DNA of 64,000 nucleotides, the filler included, from a bacterium (GTDB taxonomy: Bacteria > JBBIVP01): the NCBI GenBank assembly GCA_037439705.1. It is 4 parts of 4 records of this genome, joined end to end, with 100 filler letters (N's around TTAATTAATTAA, not from the genome) between each part and the next. Parts side by side here need not be neighbours in the genome. Positions count along the whole stretch, not along the records: positions 1 to 19,678 come from JBBIVP010000016.1; 3 more parts are not named here. One strand, 5' to 3'. The notes under the pieces were generated by a model that ran no database searches, was not told where the DNA came from, and saw only the letters and a program-made list of their open reading frames with translations. Position numbers and translations under genes: made by a program. Positions within the stretch are counted from its first letter, which is position 1. Every line of letters starts with the position of its first letter. Of this stretch, positions 1 through 10,932 are shown in pieces.

Positions 1-1
1 T

Positions 2-631
2 CTCGGTGAGATTTCAGAGATAAAAAAGGGAGCACCGGTGCCTGTGAGGAGCAACGAGAAGTTTTTTCAGAAGAAGGAAGAGATTTCTCCTCTTCCTCCC
101 AGAAGAAGGTGGGAGTTGAGATTCGTGAGGGAAAGAAAAAAGGGAGAAGAGCTTATTGATGAAAACAGGAGAAAAGCAATGGAATTTGGAGAAGCGATTC
201 ACCTCGCCCTTTCTAAAATAAAAGGAGTTTCTTCCCAAAAAGAACTGGAGGAGGCTTTGAGAAGTAGTTTTGAAAGCCTTTTTAAGATTCCGGATTTTGT
301 GCATTTCAGGGAAGAGATTTCGGACAATTTTGGCCGCCTTATCAACTTTTTTAAAAGAGAACTTGCAAGATTTTTTGTGGTTCCATCGGAAAGGGTTTAT
401 ACCGAAAAAGAAGTTCTTGGTGCGGATGGAAGGATGAGGAGGCTTGACAGAGTTATTGTTTCAGATGAAAAGGTAGAGGTTATTGATTTCAAGTGGGGTG
501 AAGGAAGAGAAAGAGAACATAGGGAACAACTCAGGGATTACATTTCTGTCCTTACCGATATTTACGAGGGTAAGCCTGTAAAGGGATATCTGGTTTATCT
601 TGACTCTGAAAAGGTGGAAGAAGTTCAATGA
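2..631 (+). CDS. addA: AddA/UvrD-type helicase-nuclease, C-terminal PD-(D/E)XK nuclease domain (5' truncated by window edge)
   Basis: FGEAIH, RRLDRVIV..VIDFKWG and QLRDY RecB-family nuclease motifs; frame open back to position 2; ATGA overlap with the addB-like gene. Confidence 0.75.
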   Translation, partial: LGEISEIKKGAPVPVRSNEKFFQKKEEISPLPPRRRWELRFVRERKKGEELIDENRRKAMEFGEAIHLALSKIKGVSSQKELEEALRSSFESLFKIPDFVHFREEISDNFGRLINFFKRELARFFVVPSERVYTEKEVLGADGRMRRLDRVIVSDEKVEVIDFKWGEGREREHREQLRDYISVLTDIYEGKPVKGYLVYLDSEKVEEVQ

Positions 632-3459
632 GTTTAAAAGCGGTATTCATTCCTTTTGAGGAGAACCTGATTGAAGAACTCTCAAACAGGTTAATAGAAG
701 GGATGAGGGATAGGGACCTTTCCCGCATAGCAGTTGTGTTTCCCGGAAAAAGACCTTACTACTACCTTATTTCAAGCCTTTCAAAAAAGTGTGGTGGTTC
801 AATCATCCCTCCTCTCATCACATCAATGGATGAGTTTATTTCAAAGTTCCTTTCATGGTACGGGTTTGAGTTTTCACCTTTGAATGACCTTGATGCGGTT
901 TATATCCTCTACGAAATTTTTAAGAAGGAAAATAAGGATTATCAACTCCCTCCACTCTATGTGGAGTCTTTCAAAAAGTTTGAAAACTTTCTTCATTGGG
1001 GTTTTGAAATTCTCAGGGTCATTGAGGAAATGGATGAGGTACTGGTGGATGAGAGAAAAATTGAAGAACTCAAAAAATACCTTAGGATAGGTGGTGAACT
1101 TTCGCCTCAGGAAAGCATGATGCTCTGTATCAGCGATCTCATTTTCAAATTCCATGAAGAGATGGAGAGAATGAGGCTGTGGACGAGAGGTTACAGATAC
1201 AGAAAAGTCTCAGCTCTTCCGGTGGGAGAGATATTAAAAGAAAAAAACATAGAAAAAATTTTCTTTGTAGGGTTCTTCCTTTTCACAGTTTCTGAAAGGG
1301 AATTAATTGAAAAAGCAGGAGATTCTCTTGATGTGAATCTTTTTTTCCATCTTTCTCATCCGGAGGATTTGGAGGAATTTAAGGAGATGTTGAAGAACTT
1401 AAAAATAAAGGAGGTAGAAAGGATACCATCTACAAAAAATTTTCCAATTGAACACAAATTCTCTTTTCATCCCGCTTCAAGTTTACATTTTGAACTTTTT
1501 TACCTCTCCAATCTTTTGAAGGAAGAAAAGGAGTGGAATGCTCTTGCCATAGTGTTGCCGAGAAGTGAAACTCTCATCCCCCTTCTTTCAGATGTGATGA
1601 GCAGATTTGATGTGGAATTCAATGTTTCCATGGGATATCCTCTTGAAAGAAGTTCTCTTTTTCTCCTGTTTGAATCCATACTTAAACTTCAGGAGACAAA
1701 ACATGGAGGTCTATACTATTTAAATTCATATCTTTCATTGATAAAGCATCCGTATGTAAAAAATATTCGCATCAATAACAACACGGGTGCATTTATTTTC
1801 CGAAAGTTAGAAGAAAAACTTACGAGGGACAGATTGATATTCTTTTCCCTTGATGAAGTAGAAAAAATCGTTCATGAAATTGCGAGGGGGAGAGATAGGG
1901 AAACCGCTGTGGAAGTAATGAGGATATTCCACAAGGTGTTTATAAGGGATTTTGAGGGAGTGAAATCATTGAAGGGTTTGAGCAGTCTATTTGAGGAGGT
2001 CATAAAGTTTCTTTTGAAGAACAGTGATTTCGGGCATCATCCACTTTCTTCCGAAACACTTGAGGGATTTCTGAAGTTTTTAAGGGACATGAGGAATTCT
2101 CTCCTGAAAGACGAAGAATTTGACATAGAGGCTCTGAAAAGAATATTTAAAGGTCTGGCAGGGACTTACAGAATTCCGCTTCCAGGAGTTCCGTTGAAGG
2201 GAACCCAGATTATAGGAATGCTTGAGACGCGTTGCCTAAACTTCAAAAAGGTTGTAATTCTGGATGTAAATGAAGGGATTCTGCCGGGTGTAAGAAAATA
2301 TGATCCCATCCTATCCCCTTTAATCAGAAGAAATTTGGGGATTCCGGTTTACAGGGATAACGAGTTGATATACAGGTATCATTTTATGAGGCTGGTTGGT
2401 TCAGCTGAAAGGGTAATGATTTTTTACATAAAAAATCCGGACATGCCGAGAAGCAGGTTTGTTGAAGAACTTATATGGGAAATTGAAAAGAAAACGAAGA
2501 GGTTATTCAGCGAGGAGGAAATAAAAGTTCCTGTTCAGATATTTCTTTCGGAGAATGCGGGGGGGATAAAAAAAGATGTTTCAACCCTTAAAATTCTTGA
2601 AAATATGGAATTCACTCCCACTGATATTGATCTGTATCTGGAATGTCCCTTCAAGTTCTACATCAAAAAAATTTTGAAACTTTCGCCTCCTGAAATCATG
2701 GAAGAAGAGATTGAAGCCCTGGATGTGGGAAATGTTATTCATTCTGCTTTATATAAGATTTTTCAACCATACCTTAAAAAGAAACTTTCTCAGTCTGATT
2801 TTGACGAAATGAAGGAATCGGTAGAGAAAAATGTGGAAGATGCAATGAGGGAGACGCTTAAAGTTATAACGCCCGAGAGGGAAATCCTTAAAAAAATTGT
2901 AATAAAAACAATTGAGACTTATCTTGAAAAAGAAAAGGCTCTCTCTTCTTCAATAGAAGTTCTTGAACTTGAAAGCCCAGGAGAAATGAAACTGAAAATA
3001 AATGGAAAAGAGGTGAAGATAAAAGGAAGGGGGGACAGGGTTGATATGCGGGATGGGAAGATACTGGTTATTGATTACAAGACAGGAAGTATTGATAAGT
3101 ATAATTACAGGAAAGGTATTAAAGCATGTTTTCATGACATGCCTTCAAGACAGGAGATAAAGGGGATAGGAATTGAGTCATTTCAGCTTCCATCCTATGT
3201 CCTTATTTACAAAGACAAGTATTCTCCCTTATGTTCAGTTGATGCGTGCGTCATTTCTTTAAGGGATATAAAGAAAAAAGAATGGAGGGTAAAATTGGGT
3301 GAATATTCAGAAAAATTTTCCGAAGAGATTTTCAGAAAGATGATAAGTGGCATAATAGGAGAGATATTGAATCCAGAAATTCCTTTTTATACGGATGAAG
3401 GGGAAAAATGTTCAAAGTGCTTTTGTCTCACCCCCTGCCTTTCTCTGAGGACCAGATGA
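628..3459 (+). CDS. addB: AddB-like PD-(D/E)XK nuclease, probable Fe-S cluster
   Basis: Degenerate helicase N-terminus (VVFPGKR, GMLETR); YLECPFKF, KGRGDRVD, VIDYKTG, FQLPSY; C-terminal CSKCFCLTPC. Confidence 0.8.
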   Translation: MSLKAVFIPFEENLIEELSNRLIEGMRDRDLSRIAVVFPGKRPYYYLISSLSKKCGGSIIPPLITSMDEFISKFLSWYGFEFSPLNDLDAVYILYEIFKKENKDYQLPPLYVESFKKFENFLHWGFEILRVIEEMDEVLVDERKIEELKKYLRIGGELSPQESMMLCISDLIFKFHEEMERMRLWTRGYRYRKVSALPVGEILKEKNIEKIFFVGFFLFTVSERELIEKAGDSLDVNLFFHLSHPEDLEEFKEMLKNLKIKEVERIPSTKNFPIEHKFSFHPASSLHFELFYLSNLLKEEKEWNALAIVLPRSETLIPLLSDVMSRFDVEFNVSMGYPLERSSLFLLFESILKLQETKHGGLYYLNSYLSLIKHPYVKNIRINNNTGAFIFRKLEEKLTRDRLIFFSLDEVEKIVHEIARGRDRETAVEVMRIFHKVFIRDFEGVKSLKGLSSLFEEVIKFLLKNSDFGHHPLSSETLEGFLKFLRDMRNSLLKDEEFDIEALKRIFKGLAGTYRIPLPGVPLKGTQIIGMLETRCLNFKKVVILDVNEGILPGVRKYDPILSPLIRRNLGIPVYRDNELIYRYHFMRLVGSAERVMIFYIKNPDMPRSRFVEELIWEIEKKTKRLFSEEEIKVPVQIFLSENAGGIKKDVSTLKILENMEFTPTDIDLYLECPFKFYIKKILKLSPPEIMEEEIEALDVGNVIHSALYKIFQPYLKKKLSQSDFDEMKESVEKNVEDAMRETLKVITPEREILKKIVIKTIETYLEKEKALSSSIEVLELESPGEMKLKINGKEVKIKGRGDRVDMRDGKILVIDYKTGSIDKYNYRKGIKACFHDMPSRQEIKGIGIESFQLPSYVLIYKDKYSPLCSVDACVISLRDIKKKEWRVKLGEYSEKFSEEIFRKMISGIIGEILNPEIPFYTDEGEKCSKCFCLTPCLSLRTR

Positions 3460-4637
3460 TTTCAATAAAGGATATAAGAGAGGCTCGTTCAAAAATTTCT
3501 CCTTACATCCATAAAACTCCACTTATTCGTTCCGATTCATTTTCAAAACTTACAGGTGCTGAGGTTTATATAAAGGCTGAAAACTTTCAGAAGACCGGTT
3601 CATTTAAGGTGCGGGGTGCATTTAATAAGCTTTCAGGAATAAAAAGAAAGGTGATAACTGTGTCCATGGGAAATCATGCACAGGCTGTTGCTTTTGCGGG
3701 TTCAAAACTGGGGGTTAAAACGAAGGTGGTTATGCCTGTGAGCGCTTCTATTGTTAAAGTAGAGGCGACAAAAGGATATGGAGCAGAGGTGGAACTTAAA
3801 GGTGAAAATTATTCGGAAGCACTTGAATATGCTAAATCCCAGAAAAATTACATTTTCGTCCATGGTTTTGACGATGAAAAAATCATTGCAGGGAATGGAA
3901 CCATAGGACTTGAAATTTTAGAAGAACTCAATGATGTGGATGCCATCTTTGTTCCCGTTGGAGGAGGCGGGTTGATTTCAGGTATAGCAGTGGCTGTAAA
4001 ATCGCTTTCTCCGAGAACGGAGGTTATAGGCGTCCAGACAAAATCTGCGATGTCCGCACTTCTTTCATTGAAAAAAGGAAAAATTGTTGAGTTTACCCCC
4101 CAGCCTACTATTGCAGATGGAGTTGCAATTGGAAGGATTGGAGAGAACAATTTTGAAATTATGAAGAAATATGTAGATGATGTGCTCGCGGTTGAAGAGG
4201 GGCTAATTGCCATGTCAATTCTGTTTTTCCTTGAAAGGAAGAAAATGGTGGTTGAAGGAGCGGGTGCTCTTCCTCTTTCAGCCCTTCTTAAGTACAAACG
4301 AAGATTTCATGGCAAAAGGGTTGTGCTTGTGGTGAGCGGAGGCAACATTGATTTTAATCTCATAGACAAGATAATATACAAGGGTTTAGTAAAAAGCGGG
4401 AGAATCGGGATGATTGAAGTTATTGTGGAGGATGTTCCGGGAAGTCTTAAGGCTCTCACCGAAATAATTGCAAATCACAGGGGCAACATCCTTGATGTGG
4501 AACATGACCGTATTTCAAAAGACCTGCCATTTGGAAAAACAAAAATTACATTTATCATTGAGATAAGGAACCCCAATCATCTCAAACAGATATTTTCAGA
4601 TTTTAGAAGGAAAAAATTCTTGGCAAAAGTGTTATAA
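3456..4637 (+). CDS. ilvA: Threonine ammonia-lyase with C-terminal ACT domain
   Basis: KAENFQKTGSFKVRGA PLP lysine motif, SMGNHAQ, PVGGGGLISG, SGGNID; start moved to ATG 3456 (ATGA overlap with addB stop). Confidence 0.92.
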   Translation: MISIKDIREARSKISPYIHKTPLIRSDSFSKLTGAEVYIKAENFQKTGSFKVRGAFNKLSGIKRKVITVSMGNHAQAVAFAGSKLGVKTKVVMPVSASIVKVEATKGYGAEVELKGENYSEALEYAKSQKNYIFVHGFDDEKIIAGNGTIGLEILEELNDVDAIFVPVGGGGLISGIAVAVKSLSPRTEVIGVQTKSAMSALLSLKKGKIVEFTPQPTIADGVAIGRIGENNFEIMKKYVDDVLAVEEGLIAMSILFFLERKKMVVEGAGALPLSALLKYKRRFHGKRVVLVVSGGNIDFNLIDKIIYKGLVKSGRIGMIEVIVEDVPGSLKALTEIIANHRGNILDVEHDRISKDLPFGKTKITFIIEIRNPNHLKQIFSDFRRKKFLAKVL

Positions 4638-4640
4638 AAT

Positions 4641-5351
4641 ATGGCTGAAGTATTTTTTTCCCCGGAAATAAAAGAGGGGTTAATAAAATTGAACGATGAA
4701 GAAACGCATCACATGAGGGTTAAGAGAATAAGGGTGGATGAAGGGATTATCCTTACGGATGGAAGGGGAAAGGCAGGATATGGAAAATTAAAAGAAATAA
4801 AGGAAAGGGCACTTGTTTTTGTGGAGAGGATTGAGGTTGAACCAAAGAAGGAGAATCCTACTGGCTTATGTATTCCTCTGCTCAAGGGAGAGAAGATGGA
4901 GGAAGTAATAAGAATATCTGTTGAACTCGGTGTGGATTTCTTATTTCCATTTATATCTTCAAGAACAATATCCAGACCGAAAGATGAAAAGAAAAAAATT
5001 GAGAGATGGAAGAAAATTATTTTATCTTCGTCAAAAGTGGCAAGGAGGTTTACCTTTCCTGAAATAGAAAAAATTATGGATTTTAGGAGCGTAATTTCCT
5101 TAGAAGGCTGGCAGACAAAGATTCTGTTCTGGGAAAAAGAAAAGGATGTGACGCTACATCAGGTTGCTGAAGAGTTAAAGAAAAAAAGCCTTATTCTGAT
5201 GGGTCCTGAGGGTGGCTTCAGCGATGAAGAAGTTAATATGGCTAAAAAATCGGGCTTTCTTACGGTATCCCTTGGAAAAAGGATTCTTCGTTCCTCAACC
5301 GTTCCATTTTACCTTTTGAGCGTAATTTCTTTTTTAAGAGGAGACCTTTAA
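4641..5351 (+). CDS. rsmE: 16S rRNA m3U1498 methyltransferase
   Basis: HHMRVKR, ELGV, MGPEGGFSDEE and SLGKRILR SPOUT motifs. Confidence 0.9.
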   Translation: MAEVFFSPEIKEGLIKLNDEETHHMRVKRIRVDEGIILTDGRGKAGYGKLKEIKERALVFVERIEVEPKKENPTGLCIPLLKGEKMEEVIRISVELGVDFLFPFISSRTISRPKDEKKKIERWKKIILSSSKVARRFTFPEIEKIMDFRSVISLEGWQTKILFWEKEKDVTLHQVAEELKKKSLILMGPEGGFSDEEVNMAKKSGFLTVSLGKRILRSSTVPFYLLSVISFLRGDL

Positions 5352-5365
5352 CCCGATAAAATTCA

Positions 5366-7021
5366 TCAGGGGATGGATTTGTAAAGTATGAGGGCGTTTA
5401 GAGCCTTTTCTTCATAACCTGCAGATTGATATATCCTGTAAGCGTAGAAGTAGAAGTTTTTGTCGTTCTGTTTTTTGAACTCAAAAGCCCTGTCCATATG
5501 CTCTGCGGAGTCTTTATATCTCATAAGATAGAATTCAAGAAGGCTGAGGATGTAGTATGCTTTGCCGTGAAATGGATTCCTTCTTACAAATTTTTTAAGG
5601 TCTTCAACCGCAGAGGGAAATTCGCGCTTCATTTTGTAATATATTTGTGCCCTCAGGAAATAAAGGTCGCTCTCATAAGGATTTATCTCAACAGCCCTGT
5701 TTATGAAAAAAAGAGCCTTTGGAAGGTTATTTTTAAGGGTCTGAACAATAGCCTGTCTCCTCATCGCTTCTCCTTTGAAGACCTTCAAACCGAAAATTGA
5801 AATAAGGATTGTTAAAATGAAAAGAATAAAAAGCAAAGTTTTAGACCCGACAATTTTTTCCGTCTTTCCTCCCTTTGAAGTAAGATAAACGGAAAAGAAA
5901 AATGCGCCTGTTGTGGGCATTATTCTTGACGGAAAGGAAAAAAGGGAGATTACCGCATATGAGAGAATTGGCAAAAGGAATTCTTCTCTTTTATTTTTTA
6001 AAGCATTGTAAAATGTGGTTCCAAAAAAGAGGATAAATAGAAGAAAGCCTGTAAATCCCTCTTCCGATAAAATTTCGAGGAAATCATTGTGGGCTCTTTT
6101 TGTTTTTACATTCAGTTCGTCAGTCAGTGCTTCAAGTTTTTCACTTCCGTATTTTTCCACATAAACCTCAAAATTTCCCGCTCCAGCTCCAAAAACTGGA
6201 TGGTCTTTAAAAATTTTTAGTGCACTTTTCCAGCATTCAATTCTGAAGACGGATGGAGCATCTTCCATTTTTAATATGGATTTTCCCCTTTCCCAAAAAT
6301 TCTTCGCAGGTGTGAAGAAGAGAACTAAAAACAGGAATACAGCGAAAAAAGGAAGTGTCTTAAGCAGGTTTCTTTTGTAACGAAAAATAAGGTAGAAAAA
6401 AGCTGAGGAGAGAAAGCCCAGAAATCCAGCCATTGCTCTGGCGAGTATGATGTAGGATATTCCAAAAATAAATGTAGCGATTGTTAATGGGTAAAATTTT
6501 TTACCATAATTCAAAAGGGAATAGGAAAAGGCACCTGCTACCGCTATATATTCTGCACTGAAATTTGAAAGTCCAAATGTGCTTGAGATGTCCATTTCTC
6601 CATATTTTGTGTAAAAGGGTTTCATGAATACCCCAAAATATTGCATAATTCCAATGATGGAGACTGCTATTGAAGACAGGGAAAGGAAGATGGAGCATAT
6701 TTTTTCATCAGGTGATAAAGTTTCAGATGTTAAAAGAAAGATGAGAATGGAAATGTAAACCGTTATTATTAAAAGCGAACGGTAGGGGTCCAGGGTATGA
6801 AAAAGGGAGAGCAATGAGAAAATTGTAAAGAGAGCCCAGACAATAAATGGATATGAAAATTGGTTTTCTTTTTTGCCCCTTATAATTATGAAAAACAAAA
6901 AAACGAAGTTGAATAAAGAGAAAAGGAGAAATTTGGACCATATAAATTCTTTTTTCAGAAAAAAAAGAGGAAGTATGAAAAAATATAGAATTGGAAAAGC
7001 AAGTTTTAGCATTTTATACAT
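5366..7021 (-). CDS. O-antigen ligase/Wzy_C family membrane protein with C-terminal TPR
   Basis: Many TM segments; STFGLSN, RIECW..HPVFGAGAGNF, AHNDFLEILSEEGFTG; TPR-like C-terminus. Confidence 0.8.
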   Translation of the reverse strand: MYKMLKLAFPILYFFILPLFFLKKEFIWSKFLLFSLFNFVFLFFIIIRGKKENQFSYPFIVWALFTIFSLLSLFHTLDPYRSLLIITVYISILIFLLTSETLSPDEKICSIFLSLSSIAVSIIGIMQYFGVFMKPFYTKYGEMDISSTFGLSNFSAEYIAVAGAFSYSLLNYGKKFYPLTIATFIFGISYIILARAMAGFLGFLSSAFFYLIFRYKRNLLKTLPFFAVFLFLVLFFTPAKNFWERGKSILKMEDAPSVFRIECWKSALKIFKDHPVFGAGAGNFEVYVEKYGSEKLEALTDELNVKTKRAHNDFLEILSEEGFTGFLLFILFFGTTFYNALKNKREEFLLPILSYAVISLFSFPSRIMPTTGAFFFSVYLTSKGGKTEKIVGSKTLLFILFILTILISIFGLKVFKGEAMRRQAIVQTLKNNLPKALFFINRAVEINPYESDLYFLRAQIYYKMKREFPSAVEDLKKFVRRNPFHGKAYYILSLLEFYLMRYKDSAEHMDRAFEFKKQNDKNFYFYAYRIYQSAGYEEKALNALILYKSIP

Positions 7022-8447
7022 CTTTTAATGGAATCGTAAAGTAAAAGGTGCTTCCTTTTTTTTCTTCGCTTTCAACCCATATCTCTCCATTGTGAGATTT
7101 TATGATTTTTTTGCATATGTAAAGCCCTAGCCCTGTTCCGTGTGGTCTTGTCGTAAAGAACGGGTCAAATATCTTTCCCATTATTTCCTTCGGGATTCCA
7201 GTTCCTGTGTCAGAGATGGAAACCTTTATATGTTTATTTCCATCCTTTTCTTCAACGGATGTCTTTATTGAAATTTTCCCTCCGTCGGGCATAGCCTGGA
7301 TGGCGTTCAAAATCAGGTTCATGAGAAGATGCTGAATCTGTTCTTCATCCATTATGGCAGGTGGAATGGATGGGTCCAAATGAATCTGTATGAAGACCTT
7401 ATTGGTTATTGCCTGTCCTTCAATTAGAAGAAGGGTTTTTTTGATAAGTTCGTTGATGTTTGCCAGTTTAAAGCTCATGGGTGTATCCTTTGCAAATCTC
7501 AGCAGGTTTTGAACGGTTCTGTTGAGCCTTGCTGTGAGGTTCAGGATTTCTTTTAAAATCTCCTTTGCCTTATAAGGAACCTCCTCTTCCTTCAAAAGTA
7601 CCTGGATTACCCCGTTTATCCCTGCAAGAGGATTTTTTATTTCGTGAGCCACACTTGATGCAAGTTCTCCGAGGGTAGCAAGTTTGTCTGCTCTCTGCAT
7701 TTTCTGGTGATAAAATTCATCAAGTTCCTTTCTTGCATTTTCAAGTTTTATAAAAAGGTTAAGGAGTTCGTCAGAAAGCATAGAAAATTCTCGGCTCTTC
7801 ATTTCAAGTTTAACCTTTTGTGCCTCCATCCCGTTTTCATATTTTTTTATTCCATCCATCATATTTCTTATAGGCTTTTCAATAACGAGAGAGAAGATTG
7901 CCTGTGTTCCCGATATGAGCAAAATAAGAAATACTGTCCCTAAACCAACGAGAAGATATGAAATTTTTTTTAGAACAGAATGAAGGTTTGAAGTATCTAT
8001 TTGCATCTCTACAAAAGAAAGGATTTTTTCTCCAGTGTGGCACTTTTTACATCCATCTTCATTGTGGATAGCATAGAAGAATTCTATTTTGGCTTTTTTT
8101 CTGGCTATACATATTTCATCCCTGGGGCAGTTCGGTTCCTCAAATCTGCCTTTTCCTCCTATTTCTGTTCTGTTTTCTCTGTAAAACTTTATTTCTTTTA
8201 GAAATTTCCCTTCTTTGAGGAGTGTAGATTTCAGAATTTGAAACTTATTCTTTTCTCCGCTTTCCATCATTTTCAGGACTTCCCTTCTTATGGTTAAAGA
8301 AAAGTCCCTTGCTCCCTTTATGTAAAGTTCCTTCATAAACTCCCTTGTTGTGAAAATGGAAACCAGAGTCATTGAAAGACAGAGAAATGAAACGATGATT
8401 ATTTCATATAATATAAAATATCTCTTTAAAGAACTTTTTTTCTTCAC
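7014..8447 (-). CDS. Sensor histidine kinase with periplasmic CxxCH (heme c) domain
   Basis: Two TM helices flanking GCKKCH; H-box VAHEIKNPL, N-box NLILNAIQA, DTGTG, FDPFFTT, GTGLGL. Confidence 0.9.
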   Translation of the reverse strand: MKKKSSLKRYFILYEIIIVSFLCLSMTLVSIFTTREFMKELYIKGARDFSLTIRREVLKMMESGEKNKFQILKSTLLKEGKFLKEIKFYRENRTEIGGKGRFEEPNCPRDEICIARKKAKIEFFYAIHNEDGCKKCHTGEKILSFVEMQIDTSNLHSVLKKISYLLVGLGTVFLILLISGTQAIFSLVIEKPIRNMMDGIKKYENGMEAQKVKLEMKSREFSMLSDELLNLFIKLENARKELDEFYHQKMQRADKLATLGELASSVAHEIKNPLAGINGVIQVLLKEEEVPYKAKEILKEILNLTARLNRTVQNLLRFAKDTPMSFKLANINELIKKTLLLIEGQAITNKVFIQIHLDPSIPPAIMDEEQIQHLLMNLILNAIQAMPDGGKISIKTSVEEKDGNKHIKVSISDTGTGIPKEIMGKIFDPFFTTRPHGTGLGLYICKKIIKSHNGEIWVESEEKKGSTFYFTIPLKDV

Positions 8448-8477
8448 CCCACATTTTTTATAACAGAAATTTCTTTC

Positions 8478-9824
8478 TCAATCAATTTTAGGAAGCTTTT
8501 TTAATGCTTCCTTCACCTTTTCCTCTGGGTACTCATAGTCTTCAAGTTTTCCAGAAAAGTAACTATCGTATGCTGATAGGTCAAAGTATCCGTGCCCGCT
8601 GCAGTTGAATAGAATTACTCTTTCCTCTTTTAATTTTTTTGCTTCTAACGCTTCGTCAATGGCTGCTCTTATTGCATGTGCTGTTTCTGGAGCAGGAACA
8701 ATTCCCTCCGTCCTTGCAAATATAACTGCTGCCTCAAATACAGGATTTTGATGGTATGCTTTTGCTTCTATAATTTTTTCGTGGTAGAGAAACGAAATTA
8801 TCGGTGAATCTCCATGATATCTCAATCCACCTGCATGAATTCCGGGAGGAACAAAGTCATGTCCCAGGGTATACATCTTTATAAGTGGGGTTAATTGGGC
8901 TGTATCTCCAAAATCATAAGTGTAAGGACCTTTTGTGAGTGTAGGACATGCTGAAGGTTCCACAGCAACAACCCTGAGTTCCCTACCTGTAAATTTATCG
9001 TAAAGGAAGGGGAAACTTATTCCTCCGAGGTTGCTTCCGCCTCCACAGCATGCGATTACAACATCAGGATACTTTCCTATCATTTCCATCTGTTTTTTTG
9101 CCTCAAGTCCTATTATTGTCTGATGAAGGAGGACATGGTTGAGCACGCTTCCCAAAGAGTATTTTGTATCTTTGTCTTTGACTGCGTCTTCAACTGCTTC
9201 GCTTATTGCTATTCCGAGGCTTCCGGGTGAATCCGGGTTTTCCTTTCTTATTTTCCTTCCTGCTTCAGTCAGTTCAGATGGAGAAGGATAAACCTCGGCA
9301 CCCCATACCTGCATGAGCAACTTTCTGTACGGTTTCTGTTCATAACTTACCCTCACCATATAAACCCGCACATCCATGCCTATCATCTTTCCCGCATAGG
9401 CAAGGGCACTTCCCCATTGACCAGCCCCTGTTTCTGTGGTTAATTTTTTCACCCCTTCTTTCTTATTGAAATATGCCTGAGCAACTGCTGTATTCGGTTT
9501 GTGGCTTCCGGGAGGGCTTACCCCTTCATACTTGTAATAAATTTTTGCAGGCGTATCAAGGTATTCTTCAAGTTTTTTTGCTCTGTAAAGAGGGGTTGGT
9601 CTCCAGTGGGAATAGATTTCAAGAATTTCTTCTGGAATTTTTATCCATCTTTTTGTGGAAACTTCCTGCTCAATGAGTGAATGCGGGAAAATTGGAGCGA
9701 GGTCATCAGGAGTTATGGGTTTTTTTGTTGCTGGATGGATAACAGGAGGGAGTGGTTTTGGGAGGTCCGCAAGGATGTTGTACCATTCTTTTGGTATTTC
9801 CGTTGTCGGGAGAAGATATTTCAT
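8478..9824 (-). CDS. trpB2: TrpB2 (TrpB-like PLP enzyme)
   Basis: [44 protein letters not shown]. Confidence 0.93.
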   Translation of the reverse strand: MKYLLPTTEIPKEWYNILADLPKPLPPVIHPATKKPITPDDLAPIFPHSLIEQEVSTKRWIKIPEEILEIYSHWRPTPLYRAKKLEEYLDTPAKIYYKYEGVSPPGSHKPNTAVAQAYFNKKEGVKKLTTETGAGQWGSALAYAGKMIGMDVRVYMVRVSYEQKPYRKLLMQVWGAEVYPSPSELTEAGRKIRKENPDSPGSLGIAISEAVEDAVKDKDTKYSLGSVLNHVLLHQTIIGLEAKKQMEMIGKYPDVVIACCGGGSNLGGISFPFLYDKFTGRELRVVAVEPSACPTLTKGPYTYDFGDTAQLTPLIKMYTLGHDFVPPGIHAGGLRYHGDSPIISFLYHEKIIEAKAYHQNPVFEAAVIFARTEGIVPAPETAHAIRAAIDEALEAKKLKEERVILFNCSGHGYFDLSAYDSYFSGKLEDYEYPEEKVKEALKKLPKID

Positions 9825-9825
9825 T

Positions 9826-10632
9826 TTATCCTCCTTTCATTCTTTTTATCTCTTCTAATATCATAGGTATGGCTGAAGCAAAGGATAAATTTATATATAC
9901 ATCTGCTATTGCTTTGTATCCAGGAGAATGAGGATTTATCTCTATCACTTTCCCACCCCTTTCACTTACAATTCTTGGAACAAGTGCAGCGGGATAAACA
10001 ACTCCCGAAGTTCCAAGAACAAGAACGACATCAGCCTCAGATGCAATTTTAAATCCCCTGTCAAGGTCCTTAACAGGCTCACCGAATAGCACCACATCAA
10101 TTCTCATAATTCCACCGCATTCACATTTAGGGAGCATCTCAAGAAGAAAACCAAAATTGAATGGCTCAATTTCAAGGATTTTTGATGTCAAAGCAATAAA
10201 TTCATCCTTTTCCATCTTTTTTGCCTTCATGCAATTGATACATCTCCATCTGTACAGGTTTCCATGAAATTCAATAACATTTTTGCTTCCAGCAAACTGG
10301 TGAAGGTTATCAATGTTCTGGGTAATGACCCACTTTATAATGCCTTCTTCTTCAAGTTGAGCAATCGCTATGTGTCCTTTATTTGGTTTTGCGCTGAACA
10401 TGGTTTCAAGGCTCTTTTTGAGGAAATTCTTTACTTTTTCCGGATTTCTCATCACACTTGAGAGCAATCCCTGAGGTGTCCCGAATTCTTCAGGAGAAAC
10501 CATGTCCCAGATTCCACCTGGGTCTCTGAAGGTGGGAATTCCGCTTTCCTGTGAAACACCTGCTCCAGTAAAGGCTATTGCAAATTTTGAATTGAGAAGG
10601 AACTCTGCTGCTTTTTTAATTTCCAAATTCAT
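9826..10632 (-). CDS. cobB: NAD-dependent protein deacylase (sirtuin)
   Basis: [27 protein letters not shown], two Zn-binding Cys pairs, [10 protein letters not shown]. Confidence 0.9.
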   Translation of the reverse strand: MNLEIKKAAEFLLNSKFAIAFTGAGVSQESGIPTFRDPGGIWDMVSPEEFGTPQGLLSSVMRNPEKVKNFLKKSLETMFSAKPNKGHIAIAQLEEEGIIKWVITQNIDNLHQFAGSKNVIEFHGNLYRWRCINCMKAKKMEKDEFIALTSKILEIEPFNFGFLLEMLPKCECGGIMRIDVVLFGEPVKDLDRGFKIASEADVVLVLGTSGVVYPAALVPRIVSERGGKVIEINPHSPGYKAIADVYINLSFASAIPMILEEIKRMKGG

Positions 10633-10844
10633 TCTTCCCTGAATTTAAAGTATTCGCAATAATTTCCTGTTTCTTTGTCAATAACCCTGTCAGCGGATGG
10701 TTCTGAACAATCGTTATATCTTCCCGGAGAATAGAACCTGCAGTTTATACAGGAATGAAGATATGCTCCACATTTGGGACATGTTTCCCTGAATCCGACC
10801 CTCTCTCCCACATCTATTTTGCTTTTGCATACTCCACACTTCAT
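10629..10844 (-). CDS. Small Cys-rich (putative Zn/Fe-binding) hypothetical protein
   Basis: 71 aa; CGVC, CPKC, CINC plus two more Cys; ATGA overlap with the sirtuin gene. Confidence 0.75.
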   Translation of the reverse strand: MKCGVCKSKIDVGERVGFRETCPKCGAYLHSCINCRFYSPGRYNDCSEPSADRVIDKETGNYCEYFKFREE

Positions 10845-10852
10845 TAATTCCC

Positions 10853-10881
10853 TTTATACTCTACAAAATTTTTCCTGTCAA
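10853..10881 (-). promoter_or_regulatory. sigma70-type promoter for the Cys-rich protein/sirtuin/trpB2 operon
   Basis: TTGACA-17-TATAAA on the minus strand. Confidence 0.55.
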
Positions 10882-10897
10882 GAAACTTATCAAAGGC

Positions 10898-10926
10898 TTG
10901 AAAATTGTTTTTGATGGTGTTAAAGT
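10898..10926 (+). promoter_or_regulatory. sigma70-type promoter of the DsbA-OmpA gene (likely leaderless)
   Basis: TTGAAA-17-TAAAGT with extended TG; ATG follows 6 nt later. Confidence 0.55.
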
Positions 10927-10932
10927 GATTTT

